From: Clostridia bacterium
GTDB taxonomy: Bacteria; Bacillota; Clostridia; TANB77; CAG-508
Assembly (NCBI GenBank): GCA_017515985.1
Contig: JAFWDV010000019.1
Coordinates: 4,629 to 68,628, forward strand
Reading direction: 5' to 3'
DNA length: 64,000 nucleotides
The first letter of the stretch is position 1. The number at the start of each line of letters is the position of its first letter. The position numbers and the translations under genes were made by a program. The notes beneath the pieces were generated by a model, which saw only the letters and a program-made list of their open reading frames with translations, was not told where the DNA came from and did not search any database. Below, one piece after another: positions 1 to 10,239 of this stretch.

Positions 1-13
1 AGAAATTCCTGTA

Positions 14-835
14 ATGGGATTTATTGATATACAAGGGGTTACGGATAACGAAATATGCGATACGATATATCAGATAAGAAATATTGATATTAAACCAAAT
101 AATGTTGAAAATCATTCTATTGGTATTGAAGTCGAATTTTTAATCATTTGTAATGCGTATGAAAATAGAGAAATTAATGTGATTCAGGATTTATATAGTC
201 CAGAAGAAAATATAATAATGGAACAGGAAAATATAAATTTAATGCAAAATAAAAGAAATATTATAGATTCATGCGATGTACAAGAAAAAATTAATGTCTC
301 AAATGTGAAGGATAATAAGATTTACGATATTAATATAATACCTCAAATTGTTAAATATAACATTTTAAATAATTCGATTTCTTATGAGCTTGAGCTCAAT
401 ATTTTCATGCTTTTTGAGTCAAATATTACAAATAGAATTGAAGAAAATAGTCAAAAAATTAGTTTTACGCATGTAGTAAATATTGAGAATGTTAATAAGA
501 ATTCAGTGGTTGAAACTAATATTGAAATTGATTCTAAAGATTATGTGTGTACTTCGGAGGGGTCTATTGACTTAAACGTTGGTATGAAATTTATGATTAA
601 TACCTACTTTAAAAATCCTATTGATGTAGTTTGCGGTTTAAGATCGGAAAGCATTGATGATAGTACGAGAAATAATAGTTTAGTAATTTACTATGTTAAA
701 AATGGTGATACTTTGTGGAAAATTGCAAAAAAATTTAGAAGTACAATGGATGAGATTGCAAAAGTTAATGGCATAGAAAATGAAGACAAATTGAGTGTTG
801 GTGATCAGTTATTTATACCGAGATATGTAATATAA
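14..835 (+). CDS. LysM-domain protein (spore/cell-wall associated type); the ORF may begin upstream of the window
   Basis: C-terminal YYVKNGDTLWKIAKKF...VNGIENEDKLSVGDQLFIPR is a LysM signature. The rest is N/I-rich. Confidence 0.6.
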   Translation: MGFIDIQGVTDNEICDTIYQIRNIDIKPNNVENHSIGIEVEFLIICNAYENREINVIQDLYSPEENIIMEQENINLMQNKRNIIDSCDVQEKINVSNVKDNKIYDINIIPQIVKYNILNNSISYELELNIFMLFESNITNRIEENSQKISFTHVVNIENVNKNSVVETNIEIDSKDYVCTSEGSIDLNVGMKFMINTYFKNPIDVVCGLRSESIDDSTRNNSLVIYYVKNGDTLWKIAKKFRSTMDEIAKVNGIENEDKLSVGDQLFIPRYVI

Positions 836-919
836 AGATTTTATGTATATCTATTGAAAAAGTAGCAAATTTTGTATATAATATATAGGAATTTTTTGTA
901 ACGAAAGGAAGTTTTTTTT

Positions 920-2131
920 ATGATAGGAAAAATAGTACCAATTACGCTACTTACTGGATATTTAGGTGCTGGTAAAACAACACTTATGAATCATGTATTA
1001 AATAATCAAGAGGGATATAAAGTTGCAGTAATTGTAAATGATATAGGAGAAGTAAACATCGACGCAGATTTGATTGCTAAAGGTGGAATTGTTCAAGAAG
1101 AGGATTCTAGTTTAGTACCATTACAAAATGGTTGTATTTGCTGTACTTTAAAGGTTGACTTAATGCAACAGATTGTTGATTTAATTAAAACTGGAAAATT
1201 CGATTATATTTTAATTGAAGCAAGTGGTATTTGTGAACCAATGCCAATTGCACAAACTATTACTGCATTAGCTGAAGATGCTGAGCAATATGGTTTACCA
1301 AAAATATGCAGATTGGATAATCTTGTAACTGTAGTAGATGCTATGCGTTTAAGAGATGAGTTTAATTGTGGAGATAACCTTGTTAAAAAAGATATAGATG
1401 AAGAAGATATTGAAAACTTATTAATACAACAAATCGAATTTTGTAACAAAATAGTACTTAATAAGGTAGATGAATTAAGTGAAGAAGAGCTACATAAGGT
1501 TAGAGCAATTATAAGAAAATTACAACCAAAGGCTGAAATAATTGAAACAAATTATGGAAAAGTAGATGTTAATAAAATATTAGATACAAAATCTTTTAGT
1601 TTTGAGGAAGCTTCAATGTCAGCAGGATGGATAGAAGAGCTAAATAGTAGGGATAATGAGCATGAAGAAGAGCATGATCACGACCATGATGAGGATGATC
1701 ATCATCACGAAGAGCATGGACATCATCATCACCATGAGCATAATCATGAAGAAGGCGAAGCTGAAGAATATGGAATAGGGACTTTTGTATACTATAGAAG
1801 AACTCCTTTTGATAAAGAAAGGTTTGATAAATTTGCAATGAACTTACCAAGAAATATAATAAGATGTAAAGGTGTTTTATGGTTTGATGATGAACCAGAA
1901 TCATCATATGTTTTCGAGCAGGCAGGTAAGCAAGTTCAAGCTTTTTGTGCAGGACAATGGGTTGCATCATTTACAGAATCTGAGCAAAAACAAATTGTTG
2001 CGCAAAACCCAGATATTACAAAAGACTGGGATCCAAAATATGGAGATAGAGTTGTTAAATTAGTATTTATCGGTCAAAAAATGGATAAAGAAAAGATAAT
2101 ATCTGACTTAGATGGTTGCATGGCAAAATAA
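920..2131 (+). CDS. COG0523-family GTPase metallochaperone (CobW/YjiA/ZigA-like) with a His-rich insert
   Basis: P-loop GYLGAGKTTL, GCICCT metal motif, and the EHDHDHDEDDHHHEEHGHHHHHEHNHEE tract (about nt 1660-1760). A sigma-A-like promoter TTGAAA-17-TATAAT lies near 855-883. Confidence 0.85.
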   Translation: MIGKIVPITLLTGYLGAGKTTLMNHVLNNQEGYKVAVIVNDIGEVNIDADLIAKGGIVQEEDSSLVPLQNGCICCTLKVDLMQQIVDLIKTGKFDYILIEASGICEPMPIAQTITALAEDAEQYGLPKICRLDNLVTVVDAMRLRDEFNCGDNLVKKDIDEEDIENLLIQQIEFCNKIVLNKVDELSEEELHKVRAIIRKLQPKAEIIETNYGKVDVNKILDTKSFSFEEASMSAGWIEELNSRDNEHEEEHDHDHDEDDHHHEEHGHHHHHEHNHEEGEAEEYGIGTFVYYRRTPFDKERFDKFAMNLPRNIIRCKGVLWFDDEPESSYVFEQAGKQVQAFCAGQWVASFTESEQKQIVAQNPDITKDWDPKYGDRVVKLVFIGQKMDKEKIISDLDGCMAK

Positions 2132-2230
2132 ATATAATGAAAGCATTACAAAATTTAAATTTGTAATGCTTTTTTTTGAGAATATTTGTGGTATAATTAT
2201 ACAAATTGTAGAAATTTGAGGGATTGTATC

Positions 2231-2944
2231 ATGAAGAATAAAAAGAAAATTTTAAAGATTATTTTAAACGTATTATCGATTGCGTTATTTATAGGATTGA
2301 TTATATATCTATTACCTACAATGAAGGAAATATTAACACCAGAAGGTAGAATTGCTTTTAAAGAAAAACTAGATGGAATGGGTATGGGAAAATTCTGGAT
2401 AATGTTTGCATTGGAGGTTGCACAAATATTACTTGTCGTTTTGCCAGGTGAGCCTTTGGAAATATTAGCAGGTCTTTGTTTTGGTACGTTATGGGGAACC
2501 ATATTTATAATGGCTACAGTAGCATTAACTACAACACTGATATTTTTACTAGTTAGAAAATTCGGTAGGGGCTATGTAGAAGAATTCTTTAAAAAGGACA
2601 AGTTAGAAAAAATTGAAAATAGTAAGTTTTTTAAAGATGAAAAAAACATTGAAATTGTAATGACCATTCTTTTTATAATACCTGGAACACCTAAAGATTT
2701 ACTTGTATATATTGGTGGTTTACTTCCAATAAAACCACTTAGATTTATCTTGATTTCGACTTTTGCAAGATTTCCATCTGTAATAACTTCAACGTTGGTT
2801 GGCTCTAGCTTATTAAACGGAAATATTAAAATGAGCATTATAATATACATAGTAACATTTGTACTAACAATTGCGATGATATTTATTGTTAATAAATTTG
2901 ATAAGAATAAAATAACTAAAGATGCGATAAAATCAATGAAATAG
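2231..2944 (+). CDS. TVP38/TMEM64 (DedA-related) membrane protein
   Basis: Multi-TM protein with the LPGEPLEILAG motif typical of the SNARE-associated/TVP38 family. Start chosen at MKNKKK. Confidence 0.7.
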   Translation: MKNKKKILKIILNVLSIALFIGLIIYLLPTMKEILTPEGRIAFKEKLDGMGMGKFWIMFALEVAQILLVVLPGEPLEILAGLCFGTLWGTIFIMATVALTTTLIFLLVRKFGRGYVEEFFKKDKLEKIENSKFFKDEKNIEIVMTILFIIPGTPKDLLVYIGGLLPIKPLRFILISTFARFPSVITSTLVGSSLLNGNIKMSIIIYIVTFVLTIAMIFIVNKFDKNKITKDAIKSMK

Positions 2945-3055
2945 TAGAATAAATTTGATTATTTATAGTAAATAATTGAATTTGTTTTTTACTTATGATA
3001 TATAGAAAATAACTCGAGATGGAGTGGAAAAAAGTGCGGGAGGAAATTGTGAAGT

Positions 3056-4474
3056 ATGAAGATTGAGCTTATAGGTGGATATGAAAAAAATGATTTGGAA
3101 ACAAGAATCCAAAAAGTAGCAACAGCTGGAAAGTTATCTAGATTTCCAGGAAATGTTTTTGAGGTTTTAGAAAACTGTAATGATTACGAAAAAAATCTTA
3201 AACTAATAAAACGTATTATTGGAATGGGGCATAAATCAATAATAGAGCACGATTACTTAGTTTTTGCAATAAGTGATGTTACTCCTATAATTGAACAAAC
3301 TATAATTGGTAACAGATTAACTTCTTTTACAATAAAATCAAGAAGAGAGGTTGATTTTAGAACAGCGGGCTTCTACGTTCCTGAATTTAGAGATAAGAGC
3401 CTAAAATTACATCCTAAAAATGAAGAGCTAAAAGAAAAATATGTTAAACATATGAAATATCTTTTCAACACATATGGAGATTTAGTTGATAATGGAATAA
3501 ACGTTGAAGATTCAAGATTTGTTTTACCATATTCATTCCATAGTAATATTATAATGGGATTAAATGCAAGAGAACTTGAAAAAATTGTTATTTCATACTT
3601 ATATGGACCACTAAGCAAAATCTCAGAAATAAAAGAATTTGGAAATAAATTGTTTGATATTATTAAACAATATGTTCCATATTTGGAAGAAATTATAAGC
3701 AATCATGAGGAGCTAGATAAGAATCCATTTGAATATATGGAAAGCTTAGCAGATAGACCTGATATAAAGATTGCTGATAAACCGGTTTTACTAAGTTATA
3801 CTCCAAATCCGGATGAAGTAATATTGAAAAGCGGGATAATGTATCATTTCCAATGCACCGAAAAACAAGCTGAAGATATATTAGAAAAATCTAGACAAAA
3901 AGATTCTGAATATAATAACAAGAGCATGGATATAATCCTACATAAAGAGGATAGACGTGAACTAGAGCAGGTAAACTTTACATTCCAAATACCAATATCT
4001 CTTTCTATACTTACTCATTTGACACGTCATAGAATGCATTCATTGTTAGTTCCAGAGTTTTTACCAATGTGGGATATGAACAATTTTGTTGTTCCAGCAA
4101 CTATAAAGGCAAAACCTGAACTTGAAAAGCTATATATTGCTGCTCATGATACAAATATGAAGGTATTCGAAGAATTTAAAGAGCTTGGAATTGCTGAGGA
4201 AGATTTGATTTATTTCTACTTAGGTTGTCAGATGTTAAATGTTGTAACGACGATGAATGGACGAACATTACAGTGGGTACTTCGTATGCGTTGTTGTAAT
4301 AAAGCACAATGGCAAATTAGAGCTATAGCAAAAGAGCTTGCAAAACAAGCCGCTGAAGTTGCACCTCTTTTAGGTAAAGGTCTTGGTTCAACTTGTATGA
4401 CGGATTATGTATGTTATGAAGGTAAAGAATGTTGTGGCCTAGTAGATAAAATACTAGAGCAAAAAAATAAATAA
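3056..4474 (+). CDS. thyX: FAD-dependent thymidylate synthase ThyX, tandem (double-length) form
   Basis: 472 aa, about twice a normal ThyX. The C-terminal half has the ThyX motif LTRHRMHS. The N-terminal half has GHKSIIEH but GNRLTS in place of RHR. Confidence 0.75.
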   Translation: MKIELIGGYEKNDLETRIQKVATAGKLSRFPGNVFEVLENCNDYEKNLKLIKRIIGMGHKSIIEHDYLVFAISDVTPIIEQTIIGNRLTSFTIKSRREVDFRTAGFYVPEFRDKSLKLHPKNEELKEKYVKHMKYLFNTYGDLVDNGINVEDSRFVLPYSFHSNIIMGLNARELEKIVISYLYGPLSKISEIKEFGNKLFDIIKQYVPYLEEIISNHEELDKNPFEYMESLADRPDIKIADKPVLLSYTPNPDEVILKSGIMYHFQCTEKQAEDILEKSRQKDSEYNNKSMDIILHKEDRRELEQVNFTFQIPISLSILTHLTRHRMHSLLVPEFLPMWDMNNFVVPATIKAKPELEKLYIAAHDTNMKVFEEFKELGIAEEDLIYFYLGCQMLNVVTTMNGRTLQWVLRMRCCNKAQWQIRAIAKELAKQAAEVAPLLGKGLGSTCMTDYVCYEGKECCGLVDKILEQKNK

Positions 4475-4489
4475 GGAAAAGGTGATTTT

Positions 4490-4870
4490 ATGAGAGAATT
4501 AGTAATTAAGAAATGTTTAGGCTGTGGAGCAATGGTTGAAGTTATGCAAGATTGTACTTGCGAGAACTGCGGAATTAAGTGTTGTGGTAAAGAGATGGAA
4601 GTTCTTAAACCTAATACTGTTGATGCAGCAGTAGAGAAGCATGTTCCTGTATATGAAGTGGTAGAAGATTCTTCAATAGTTGTAAAGGTTAATCATGTTA
4701 TGGAAGATGATCACTATATTGAATGGATTGCAATGGCAAGCGATGAGAAAATAGGAAAGAAATTTTTAAAACCTGGAGATGAGCCAATGGTTACATTCCC
4801 ATATATTCCTGGAAGTAAGATATATGCGTATTGCAATAAACATTCTTTATGGAGTGCAGATGTTAAATAA
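4490..4870 (+). CDS. dfx: Desulfoferrodoxin (superoxide reductase)
   Basis: N-terminal CxxC...CC desulforedoxin-like cluster (KCLGCG...CCGKEM). The neelaredoxin domain has TVDAAVEKHVPV and a CNKHSLW end. Confidence 0.85.
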   Translation: MRELVIKKCLGCGAMVEVMQDCTCENCGIKCCGKEMEVLKPNTVDAAVEKHVPVYEVVEDSSIVVKVNHVMEDDHYIEWIAMASDEKIGKKFLKPGDEPMVTFPYIPGSKIYAYCNKHSLWSADVK

Positions 4871-4882
4871 AGAGGGTCGTGT

Positions 4883-6775
4883 ATGGATAGCATTCTAGAT
4901 AAAATCAATAATACAGAAGATTTAAGAAATTTAACACACAAAGAGCAAGTAAAATTAGCAGAAGAAATACGTGAATATATTGTGGATATTGTTTCAAAAA
5001 ATGGTGGTCATTTAGCTTCTAATTTAGGAGTTGTAGAACTTACTATTGCTCTTCATAGTGTTTTTAACACGCCAAAAGATAAAATAGTTTGGGACGTAGG
5101 ACATCAAACTTACGTACACAAAATTTTAACTGGCAGAAAAGATGATATGAAGAGCTTGAGACAATTGAACGGTATTTCTGGATTTCCTAAAACATGTGAA
5201 TCGGAGTACGATTGCTTTAACACAGGGCATAGTAGTACTTCTATTTCTGTTGCTTTGGGAATGGCTAGAGCAAGAGATATTTTAAAGGATGATAGTAAAA
5301 TAATTGCGGTTATTGGTGATGGTGCACTTACTGGAGGAATGGCTGAAGAAGCCCTTAATGATGCCGGTGCAAGTGGTTCAAATATTATAGTAATTCTTAA
5401 TGATAATGAAATGAGTATATCTAAAAATGTAGGCGGAGTTTCGCTATTATTAAGCAAAATGAGAACCAAAAAATTATATACTTCTACGAATGCTAGATTA
5501 AAGAAAACAGCCCAAAAAATTCCTAAGTTAGGAAATAAAATTATAAAATTAGTTACAGGTGTAAAAAATAGTATTAAGCAGATTTTTATACCAAAGATGT
5601 ATTTTGAAGATATTGGTTATACATATTTAGGTCCTGTAGATGGTAACAATTTAGAAGCAGTTGAAACCGTTTTAAAACAGTCTAAAAAGTGCGAAGGACC
5701 AGTGCTTGTACATATTATAACTAAAAAAGGTAAAGGTTATGAACCTGCTGAAAAAGATCCAGCAAGATTTCATGGCACAGCACCTTTTGATAAAAAAAGT
5801 GGAGAGCTATTAAAGCAAAAGAGCAAAGATTATTCAAAGGCTTTTGGAGAAAAGTTGGTTAGTATTGCAAAAGAAAATGAACGAATCGTTGCGATAACAG
5901 CTGCAATGGCTGGTGGAACAGGTTTAAAAGATTTTAAAAAAGAATTTCCAGATAGATTTTTTGATGTTGGTATTGCGGAGCAACATGCAATTGGTATGGC
6001 TGCAGGTATAGCAAAGAGCGGGTTAATACCTGTTGTTCCAATATATTCATCATTCTATCAAAGAGCATATGATCAAGTAATACATGATGTATGTATGCAA
6101 AATTTGCATGTTATCATGTGTGCGGATAGAGCGGGAATTGTTGGAAATGATGGCGAAACTCACCAGGGATTAACTGATATGTCGGCTTTTTCAGTGGTCC
6201 CAAATCTAACTATAATGGCGCCAAAAGACTATAGAGAGCTTGAGCAAATGATGGATTTTGCTGTTTCATATAGGTTTCCAATTTTTATAAGATATCCTCG
6301 AGGTGGAGAGGGAAAAGTAAAATTTGAGAAACATGATGCTATTAGATTAGGTGAGTCGGAGTTATTGAAATCTGGTACAGATATCACAATTATTGCTATA
6401 GGAAAAATGGTTGAAAGAGCAGTTGAGGTTGCTGAAGAGCTTAATAAAATTGGAATAAAGGCAGAGGTAATAAATGCTAGATTTCTTAAACCTTTTGATG
6501 AAAGAAACGTAATAAAATCGATACAAAAAACGAAGAATGTTATTACAATTGAGGATGGTTTGTTAAGAAGCGGATTGGCTACAACTGTGAATGAGTTGAT
6601 TGTAAAGAATCAATTAAATAATGTTTTTGTTAAAAATTTCGGATACGATGATAAATATGTAAAACAAGGAACAGTAGACGAGATAGAAAAAATAAATAGA
6701 TTGGATACACAAAGCATTGTAGAGGAGTTAGTTAGTACCAAAAAATATGAAGTAAATGAGGCAGTAAATGGATAA
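4883..6775 (+). CDS. dxs: 1-deoxy-D-xylulose-5-phosphate synthase
   Basis: 630 aa with GGHLASNLGVVELT, GHSSTSIS, GDGALTGGMA and the transketolase C-terminal domain. Confidence 0.95.
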   Translation: MDSILDKINNTEDLRNLTHKEQVKLAEEIREYIVDIVSKNGGHLASNLGVVELTIALHSVFNTPKDKIVWDVGHQTYVHKILTGRKDDMKSLRQLNGISGFPKTCESEYDCFNTGHSSTSISVALGMARARDILKDDSKIIAVIGDGALTGGMAEEALNDAGASGSNIIVILNDNEMSISKNVGGVSLLLSKMRTKKLYTSTNARLKKTAQKIPKLGNKIIKLVTGVKNSIKQIFIPKMYFEDIGYTYLGPVDGNNLEAVETVLKQSKKCEGPVLVHIITKKGKGYEPAEKDPARFHGTAPFDKKSGELLKQKSKDYSKAFGEKLVSIAKENERIVAITAAMAGGTGLKDFKKEFPDRFFDVGIAEQHAIGMAAGIAKSGLIPVVPIYSSFYQRAYDQVIHDVCMQNLHVIMCADRAGIVGNDGETHQGLTDMSAFSVVPNLTIMAPKDYRELEQMMDFAVSYRFPIFIRYPRGGEGKVKFEKHDAIRLGESELLKSGTDITIIAIGKMVERAVEVAEELNKIGIKAEVINARFLKPFDERNVIKSIQKTKNVITIEDGLLRSGLATTVNELIVKNQLNNVFVKNFGYDDKYVKQGTVDEIEKINRLDTQSIVEELVSTKKYEVNEAVNG

Positions 6776-7577
6776 ACAAATAGTTTTAGAAAAGTATAAA
6801 AGCCCTGAAGAAAAACTAATAATTTCCAAACTTTTTGATAAAATTGATATTGTTGATAAAACAAATAAAGTAGAAACTACGGATTTTTTGAATGAAGTTG
6901 AGCTAAATCTAGTAAAGAAAGTACTAAACTATATTAAATTTGAGAATTATGTATTATTTGGTGGCTACGATAATTCAAATAGAAAAGCGGTTGTTATTTA
7001 TCCTGAAAAAATGAAGGAAGTATTTGAAGATGATGGATTTAAATACGATTCACTATTTTCAGTTATTAGAGTTACTAATATTGATGAAAAGAATACAAAC
7101 TACAATCATAGTGTATATTTAGGTGGCATCATTAAATTAGGGATAAAACGTGAAAAAATTGGTGACATTATAGTTGGCGATACAGGTGCCGATATAATAA
7201 TTAAGAAAGAAACTGAAAAATTTTTATATGCAAATCTAAAATCATTAACTAGATTTAAATCGGCTGATGTAAGTGTTGTTAGCGTAAATAATATAGAAAA
7301 TTTTGAGCAAGTTTTTGAGAATATAAAAATTATAACTTCTTCGTTAAGGCTTGATAATATTGTTTCTGAGCTTGCAAAAACTTCCAGAAGTAAAGCAGTA
7401 GATATATTGAATGAAGAGCGAGTTTTTGTAAATTACGTAAATGAAATGAAAGGAACAAAACAAGTAAAAGAGAAAGATGTAATAACTATTCGAGGCAAAG
7501 GAAAATTCATTCTTGATGAAATTGCTGGAAATACTAAAAAAGGAAATTATATCATAATGGTAAAAAAATATGCATAA
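6768..7577 (+). CDS. YlmH-like S4-domain RNA-binding protein
   Basis: C-terminal S4 motif (LRLDNIVSELAKTSRSKAVDIL...VFVN). The size and the position after dxs are typical. Confidence 0.6.
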   Translation: MDKQIVLEKYKSPEEKLIISKLFDKIDIVDKTNKVETTDFLNEVELNLVKKVLNYIKFENYVLFGGYDNSNRKAVVIYPEKMKEVFEDDGFKYDSLFSVIRVTNIDEKNTNYNHSVYLGGIIKLGIKREKIGDIIVGDTGADIIIKKETEKFLYANLKSLTRFKSADVSVVSVNNIENFEQVFENIKIITSSLRLDNIVSELAKTSRSKAVDILNEERVFVNYVNEMKGTKQVKEKDVITIRGKGKFILDEIAGNTKKGNYIIMVKKYA

Positions 7578-7657
7578 AATGTTGAAATATGTAATAATTT
7601 CTTGTATAAATTTTATTGAAAAAGTATATGAAATACTATAAAATAGGAGGACAAAAG

Positions 7658-8500
7658 ATGGCTGAAATAATTGATGGTAAAGAATTAGCTAGAAAAATTA
7701 GAATGGAATTGAAGGAAGATGTATCGCAGCTTAATTCAAAAGGCATTCATCCAAAATTAGCTGTAATAATGGTTGGAGACGATAAAGCTTCTAAAGTATA
7801 TGTTAAAAATAAAAGTAAGGCTTGCGAAGAAATAGGCATCGAGTATGAAGAGTTTTTGCTTGATGAGAATACTAAGCAAGAAGAGCTATTAGGTTTAATT
7901 GATGAGCTAAATGAAAGAGCTGATATACATGGTATACTTTTACAGAGCCCAATTCCAAAGCATTTGGATATATACCAAGCATTCAACAGAATAGATTATA
8001 GAAAAGATGTTGATGGATTTAATCCATTAAATGTTGGTAAATTGGTTATTGGAGAAGATTGTTTTGTTTCTTGTACTCCTTTTGGTGTTATCAAAATGCT
8101 TGAAGAATATGGCATAGAAATAGAAGGTAAAAATGCTGTGGTTATTGGTAGAAGTAATATTGTTGGAAAGCCTTTGGTTCAATGTTTATTAGCTAAAAAT
8201 GCTACAGTTACTGTATGTCATTCTAGAACAAAAAATATAGGGGAAATTACAAAAAATGCTGATATTTTAGTTGCAGCACTTGGCAAGCCAAAGTTTGTTA
8301 AGGAAGATATGGTTAAAGATGGTGCTGTGGTTATAGATGTTGGAATAAATAGAACTGATGATGGAAAACTTGTTGGTGATGTTGATTTTGAAAATATTAG
8401 CAAAAAGGCATCTTTCATAACTCCGGTTCCTGGTGGGGTTGGACCAATGACAATTGCGATGCTTATGAATAATGTTGTGAAAGCAGCTAAGAATAAATAA
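7658..8500 (+). CDS. folD: Bifunctional methylenetetrahydrofolate dehydrogenase/cyclohydrolase
   Basis: MAEIIDGK start after an AGGAGG RBS. Motifs VGDDKASKVYV, GRSNIVGKP and PVPGGVGPMT are present. Confidence 0.95.
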   Translation: MAEIIDGKELARKIRMELKEDVSQLNSKGIHPKLAVIMVGDDKASKVYVKNKSKACEEIGIEYEEFLLDENTKQEELLGLIDELNERADIHGILLQSPIPKHLDIYQAFNRIDYRKDVDGFNPLNVGKLVIGEDCFVSCTPFGVIKMLEEYGIEIEGKNAVVIGRSNIVGKPLVQCLLAKNATVTVCHSRTKNIGEITKNADILVAALGKPKFVKEDMVKDGAVVIDVGINRTDDGKLVGDVDFENISKKASFITPVPGGVGPMTIAMLMNNVVKAAKNK

Positions 8501-8559
8501 TTTTGAGGGGGGATATTTGATATCCCTCTTTTTTTATAGAAAGGATGTGATAAATTAAT

Positions 8560-9420
8560 ATGGAAAATAATCTTTACTGGATTTGGATTTCAAGGTTAAA
8601 AAGTTTATATTATGAGGTATTTGAATTGTTGATAAAAAGATATAAAACAGTAGATAAACTGTGGAATATAAAGAAAGATGAGCTGTCAAAATGTGATTTC
8701 TTAAATCAAACAATTATAAATGAGCTAACAGATATGAAGTATAGATCCAATCTTGATAAATATGCAGAATATATGGAAAAAAATGAAATATTTATGATTA
8801 ATTGCTATAACATTAAGTATCCTATAAAACTTAAATTCATAAAAAACAGACCTATTGTTTTATTCTATAAAGGTGATTTATCTCGAATAAATGAAGAAAC
8901 TGTAGCTATAGTTGGTTCGAGAAATTGCACCGAATATGGAAGAAAATGTGCTAGTTTATTTACTACGGAGCTTTCTAAAAGAGGTCTAAATATTGTTAGT
9001 GGATTGGCGCTAGGTATTGATACAATTGCGCACAACTCTACTATAAATGAAAGAGGGAAAACTTATGCTGTTATCGGAAATGGTTTGGATACAATTTATC
9101 CAATGGAAAATGAAATCTTAGCCCAAAAAATAATAGAATCCGGAGGTGCGATTATTTCAGAATTTATAGTGGGTACAAAACCAGAAAAATCTAACTTTCC
9201 AAGACGAAATAGAATTATTAGTGGCTTAGCAAATGGTGTCATTGTCGTTGAAGCAAGCAACAAAAGTGGATCTCTTATTACTGCAAATTATGCTATAAAT
9301 CAAGGCAAAGAGGTATGGGTTGTGCCGGGAAGTATTTTTAGCAAAAATTCAGAAGGAACCAATGCATTGATAAAGGATGGAGCAAGTGTTTTAACAGATA
9401 TCAATGATATAGTGTATTAA
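8560..9420 (+). CDS. dprA: DNA-processing protein DprA/Smf
   Basis: IVGSRNCTEYG, SGLALGIDTIAH and FPRRNRIISGL motifs. Confidence 0.85.
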   Translation: MENNLYWIWISRLKSLYYEVFELLIKRYKTVDKLWNIKKDELSKCDFLNQTIINELTDMKYRSNLDKYAEYMEKNEIFMINCYNIKYPIKLKFIKNRPIVLFYKGDLSRINEETVAIVGSRNCTEYGRKCASLFTTELSKRGLNIVSGLALGIDTIAHNSTINERGKTYAVIGNGLDTIYPMENEILAQKIIESGGAIISEFIVGTKPEKSNFPRRNRIISGLANGVIVVEASNKSGSLITANYAINQGKEVWVVPGSIFSKNSEGTNALIKDGASVLTDINDIVY

Positions 9421-9594
9421 TCAAAGAGATAGATAGCGGAAGATGTAAAGTCGAATATTGAAACAATTTGTCGATGAAAAGTATTTGACTTTTGGGCTTG
9501 ATGAGTTTATCATATAAAATATAAATTTTTTCAAAAAATTTTTTTCTTAAAAATTTCCATAATTAAAAGTTTTAATCGAATAGGAGGTGATGGG

Positions 9595-10218
9595 TTGAAA
9601 AAAAAGACATTGAAACGTGTTTTCAGTGTTTGTATATGTATTTTATTTGTATTTTTTATTATTCTATATACGTATATCCAATTTTATAATCAAAGAAATC
9701 ATAAAAATTTATTAAATATTGCAAATAATATTGTAAGTCAAAATATTGTTAATTCAGATCATGAAAGCCATTCTGGCTCAAATAATCCCAATAATGAATT
9801 TATAGATGAAAGAAGTGAAAATCAGAATAACGTAATAGGTAAAATTATAATTAAAGATATTAATGTTGAGGCTCCTATTGTAGATGGAACAAGTCAAGAA
9901 TCATTAAAAGTGGCAGTGGGTCATATTGAAAATACAGATTATTGGAATGGTAATGTATGCCTTGCATCGCATAATAGAGGCAGTTTTGCGCATTACTTTG
10001 AAAATATAGACAAGCTGAAAATAGGAGATGAAATAGTTTATCAAACAAAGCTTGGAGCAAAAGTTTATAGTGTTAGTTCCATTGAGCAAATAGAAGAGCA
10101 TAATGTTTCAGTTTTAGAAAGTACAGAAAGAAATACTTTGACACTAATTACATGTATAAGAGATAAATCAGATTATAGATTATGCGTAAAAGCAGTTGAA
10201 AAGATGATACAAAATTAA
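9595..10218 (+). CDS. Sortase (transpeptidase)
   Basis: N-terminal TM anchor, catalytic TLITC motif (LTLITCIRD), and the conserved His region LASHN. Confidence 0.8.
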   Translation: MKKKTLKRVFSVCICILFVFFIILYTYIQFYNQRNHKNLLNIANNIVSQNIVNSDHESHSGSNNPNNEFIDERSENQNNVIGKIIIKDINVEAPIVDGTSQESLKVAVGHIENTDYWNGNVCLASHNRGSFAHYFENIDKLKIGDEIVYQTKLGAKVYSVSSIEQIEEHNVSVLESTERNTLTLITCIRDKSDYRLCVKAVEKMIQN

Positions 10219-10239
10219 GACATAGAAAGGAATTGATAT

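Noticed and set aside
1596-1970. 124-aa antisense ORF (and 1204-1449, 1872-2063) within the COG0523 gene
   Set aside because: These are low-complexity mirror images of the His-rich tract and the coding strand. They have no RBS and lie entirely inside a well-supported gene.
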